DNA of 64,000 nucleotides, taken from the NCBI GenBank assembly GCA_036172245.1, contig JAYWIR010000139.1:1-64000 (forward strand), read 5' to 3'. Below are positions 59,748-64,000 of this stretch, piece by piece; position 1 is the stretch's first letter, and the number at the start of each line of letters is the position of its first letter. The translations under genes were made by a program, and so were the position numbers. The DNA comes from Raillietiella orientalis (Eukaryota). A model generated the notes under the pieces. That model did no database searches and was not told the origin of the DNA. It saw only the letters and a list, made by a program, of their open reading frames with translations.

Positions 59748-62700
59748 ATGAGGGCGATCGCGTCTTCTCGTCGTGTTGCCGTGGCATGCTGCAACCTCAA
59801 CGGTCTCCAACACGACAAGAAGAGGCGACTTGTGGCTAACGCTCTGCGCGACTTATACTTGACGCTCCTGCACGAGATTCACAGCATCTCCAAAGAGCAG
59901 GCTGCCAAAATCGAACTGCGCGCGGCGGAAGGTTACATTATAGGTGCGGCGTCGCACCAACGTGCGGCATCGCTTTCCTCGAACGAGGAACTTTGGCGGA
60001 AGCGGTGCACGGCGTTCGCTTCGACACGGAAGGCCGAGTTGGACAGCATGTACTTAAGTGGTCCGACTCGATCGACCTTGTCGTAACGAACGTTTTCGCG
60101 CATTGGGGTGCTGAACGATATGCCGAAAGGACTGAGTTCTTCGGTACCGTTTAGAGCCAGTGGTTTTCTCGTGATCACTCTACTATGGCGCACTTCATTG
60201 CGGGGGACTTTAACGTGCACCTGCTGACCCAGAAAAGTGCACACAAAAGGGAAAAGTTCCTAGTAGAAAAGATGTTCGCTACCGTGCACACGTGCAACTT
60301 GTTCGCTAACAACCCTGTTATAGCAACATCACCGGACCATGTATTTCTCGATGAACACTTGCTCTCTCGAGTGGGTCGGAGAGGTCGCATGCCGTCCGTG
60401 CTTTCAGACCACAACAGGCTCGAGTTCGAGCTGCTCCCGCCAGACACGGAGCGTCCGAATTGAGTTCGATGCCGGCAGACTAACTTAGTCACCCGGAGGA
60501 GGCGGAGCGTCCTCGCCAGTACCTCCGCGGCTTCGCCATAAGTGAGCTCGCGGACTGGGACGATCTGAAAAGAGCGGCTCGAGAGTTTTCCTGCCGGTTT
60601 CCCTTGCAACAGCTTCCGCGCGGCTTCGAAGAGGGTGTAGCCAACAGCAGAGATTCTCTGCAGGCCCGCTCCTACTTCAGGCGCGCGGACGTTGGTCGAT
60701 TATCCGAGTACAAGGCCACGGCCGAGCGCCAGGTCTGGCAGACAGGGGCGACACTTCTGCTCGACGACCAGGACTGTGAACGTTCGGCTCCAGCCAACGT
60801 GCGACGGATAGACAGGTGCTATTAATCTTCTCTGTATGAAGAGGCACCGACGGAACGAAGTCTCTCCGAGCTGATTTTCCCGATTGATGCACCTGTTGTA
60901 GACGAGAAGGAACGCGCGCGTCTCCATGAGCCCTTCACGGCAGAGGAACTTTCTCCGGCCATCTCGGGACTCAAGAGACGAGAAGCGCCAGGTGAGGATG
61001 GACTCCTCGCGTAATTCTTTCAGTGTTTTGCGGCGGAGCTCATCCCCCTGGTGCTCCAACTCTCGTCGCTGATGCGAGACTCGGGCGATGTCCCCGCCTC
61101 GTTTCGCTCAGCGAAGGTGCGTCTACTGCCGAAAGGCGGAGATTTGCGCCAACTGAACAACTGGCGTCCGATCACATTAGTGAATTCGGACGTCAAGTTG
61201 TTCTCGAAACTTCGGGAGGCGCAAATGGGGAAAATCGCGGAGTCTGTGGTAAGTCCGGAGCAGACGTACGCTGTTCCTGGGCGGTCCATGGACGCGAATC
61301 TCTTGTTTATCCGCACATGGCTGCAATTGCAGCATCGTGTGGTGGTGGATCGTTGTGCGGAAGCGACGCCGTCGGTCTCTCTCCGACGGAGGCGCGGGAC
61401 GCAAAGGGAGACACCGGGAGCCTTGGCGGTTGCAGTCGATCTGCACAAAGCTTACGATTGCGTGAAATAAAAGGTTCTTCTTTAGCTTTTGGAACGTCTT
61501 CGTCTTCCGGCATCCCAGTTGGCGTACTTGCGCTCCTGCTGGTGCCACGCGATAACATCCATTGTTTTCAGTGGCTGTCGCGTGTACGGCGTTTTGGATA
61601 CGCGAGGAATTAGGCAGAATGATAGCTTGAGCCCGCATCACTTCAGCATGTATTTTGAATTGGTGCTGGAGGCTTACATGCTGACGCTAGCCAACCTGCC
61701 GAGCTCCTGTCCAGGTACGCCGGCCGTTGCCGCCTATGCAAACGACCAGCTGCTCCTGTTGCCCATGTCCACCCCGGCAGCGTCGCTTGAAGATTTCTTT
61801 GAGTTTATCCGTCGCGGTGCTAGCGTGAGCGTCAATAGGAGCAAGTGCATGGTTGTTTTGGTTGGAGCGACGTGGGAGGGGCAGTCCGACTGGATCCGCC
61901 TGGGGATCCCCACCGGCAGGTACCTAAGGTACCTTGGCGTGCCGTTGGGCGATTTCTGCATCTCAGAGGCGTGGTCGGACTGCCTTCGGAAGGCAGAGCG
62001 TGCACTTGACCAGTTCTCAGGATGCGAGTTCGTCTTGCCGGAACGAGCCTGCATCTGGAACACCTTCGTTGCCCCCCTCCTCCGCCCCCTGTTTTTTGTT
62101 TGTCCACCCCCCCAGGAAGTCAAAGTCTGGGCGCAGCGCCTTCTACGCAAAGCGTTGTGGGGCGCTGCAAGATCCCGTGTTAGACTTAAAGACTTGGTGG
62201 CGCCTCGTCAGGATGCAGGCTTGGGCATCCTCGACTTAAACAGCATCGAACTCAAGGTGCAGTTTCGCATGCTGCGGCTCTGTGCCAAGCTGTGGTGGAC
62301 GCCGTGGTGCTTACCTGCACGCCTTATACTGAGGCGCTGCACGGGAAGCGAGGGACTGCTTTGGTTGCTACCCCACTTTCGGTACACCAGAATAGGGTTT
62401 GGCTTCCCGCTGAGGCAGCTGTCCTCACTGCTGGAAGCCCAAAGCTGGATCTCCTGCCGCCCCATGAACATTAATGCATGGCGGCAGGAATCTTTTTCAT
62501 TGTGGGCAGCTTCCGAAGGAACGTGCCCGAAAGATCTTTGGCGCCTGCGACTTCTCCTCAGTCATCCAATGGACGAAGTCATGCAGGACAGGCAGATGTC
62601 GGATCGTCTGGCCGCCACACCACTCGTCGCAGCTCTGTCTGCCCTCAGAGCAAGCAACGAGAGTTGCCTACCGGCGAAATGGGAGTTTTCCTGCTCAATT

Positions 62701-63314
62701 AAGGGAGTCAGTATGCTCCTCGGCTGCTGGACGACAAAGGAGCTGGTGGAAACTGCCACGCTTCGTAATCGGGCGAAGGGCCTGCTTCGGTGGAGTGAAC
62801 ATTTAAGTGTACCCCCCGAAGAGATAGTGGTCTCCCTCGTTGGTTTAGACAGTTTCTGTACCCCTTAAAGTGGAAACAAGATGTGCTGCTCTTTCTACAC
62901 TGTAGCTTTTACCGTAATAGGCAGCAAAGCATCGTTTCCGGGGGATCTGCGGTGCCAAACTGTTTGAGGTATGGAGAGTTCGAGTCTTCTCCGCACCTCT
63001 TGCTGGACTGCGGTGACCCTTGTGAACTGTGGTTAAGGCTGATTGCAGCCATCCTGGCGCGAAGAGGCACTGCCATTGATGTGCTGCGTCGCTTCCTCAG
63101 GAAAAATAGATTTTCAGTAGGCGCGATTGTCGCATCCATGTGTTCCATTCGCGCCATCGTGAAGGTCCGCTACGCCCTGGAGTTGTCAGCGCAGCAAAGG
63201 GAGGTTCACCGGTTCGCAGCAGAATCCATGGAAAAGGCAGCAAAGTGGCCTCATCATCGTGACGTGCTCAAAGAGAACATTGCCGGCATCCACGGCCGGT
63301 TTACAAACTTTTAA
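59748..63314 (+). pseudogene. C3 ORF2 (APE-RT-zinc finger), fragmented; YADD decayed to YAND
   Basis: Motifs CCNLNG, AGDFN, SDH, WRPITLVNSDVK, DLHKAYD, QNDSLSP and RYLG. Confidence 0.87.
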
Positions 63315-64000
63315 GAACATATTAATTCGGTGATCACTACGTCCTGAATTCAACCCTTACCCCTCACCCGCTCGCTCTGCTAAACTGCCGGTGCCATTAC
63401 TTTCATCCCGGTGCGAACCATAGCGATCCCAAAGACCCTTGTCCCGGCGTCCCCCATTGATTTTTTTTTTTTTTGTTTTTGTTTGTTTGTGTTGCTACTT
63501 CCCCCACACCATTCTGTGTTATTCTGGCCTGCGTGCCAGGAATTTTCTCTTCATCAACCTTCAGTCGTCGGTTCGAAGCATCGTTCTTAGCTGGTTTATT
63601 TTATATAACTGTTTTTGTTTATATTATATGATACAAACGTCCCGACGTGACCGAGTGAGAAATCTCCGTTGCTTGGTGTGAAAAGATCACGCGGATCTCT
63701 TCAGTAGCACCGGAGGGAAGAGGCGATTTCCGGCATTAAGGCTGGGAACGTGGCGTTGCAGCACCTGTCAAGTGACAGGCGGGAGGGACGAGTATGGGGA
63801 CCGCAGCCATCTCAGGCACTTGACTCACCTGGGGCACAGACTCTAACCTTTCCCTCCCTCCGTCGTCGCAGCGTGGGGTCACCTCTGGAGGAGAGTCCCA
63901 GGAGTTTCCCACTTTCTTCGCACGTTCGCTTCTCTCGATTATCTCTCCCTTTTCCACGGACGGGATAATTTTGCGGGTAGCCTTCTTCGTACGACTGGTC

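Larger units (their letters stand above)
52225..63661 (+). mobile_element. Family C copy C3, full-length and decayed (own sequence 52225-53426 and 59075-63661), split by B4
   Basis: 5' end AGTGCAGACGTTTTCG; ORF1 ATG at 52335; TGATG at 59746-59750; ORF2 remnants to 63314; 3' end ACAAACGTCCCGACGTGACCGAGTGAGAA. Confidence 0.87.
48962..64000 (-). mobile_element. Family A copy A3 (own sequence 48962-52224 and 63662-64000), 3'-truncated and decayed, split by C3
   Basis: Collinear with A1 at about 4300-7575 (IAGDLN, SDH, QGDSLSP, YADD). TAATG at 63734-63738; the ORF1 tail runs off the window end. Confidence 0.82.

Overview
The whole 64 kb appears to be eukaryotic L1/Tx1-like non-LTR retrotransposons (LINEs) inserted into one another; I found no host gene, RNA gene or CRISPR array. 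Each element has a gag-like ORF1 (RRM-like region plus CCHC knuckles) and an ORF2 with APE endonuclease, reverse transcriptase and a C-terminal Cx2C..H..C finger. I resolve about 17 copies or fragments in six families, which I label A, B, C, E, G and H. Shared termini, target-site duplications (TSDs) and host reading frames that resume after each insert give nested chains: E0 > A1 > C2 > B1-B2-B3 (3586-28682), H2 > E1 > C1 (33244-48221) and A3 > C3 > B4 (48962-64000). The main signal is that insertions recur at the same homologous nucleotides. Family B always sits antisense at TCACCGACTCGGCAGG-like sites in family-C ORF1 and forms a head-to-tail triple there. Family C sits twice at each of two positions in other families' APE coding sequence. 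This suggests LINEs that target other LINEs sequence-specifically. Families A, C and E join ORF1 and ORF2 by TAATG/TGATG stop-start overlaps. Families A, C, E and H carry a covarying CTGCGN-loop hairpin in the 3' UTR, and all families end AATAAA-hairpin-A(2-6) without a long poly(A). Most copies are decayed; only B1 ORF1 and B2 ORF2 are cleanly intact. All alignments were done by eye, so boundaries are accurate to a few bases.
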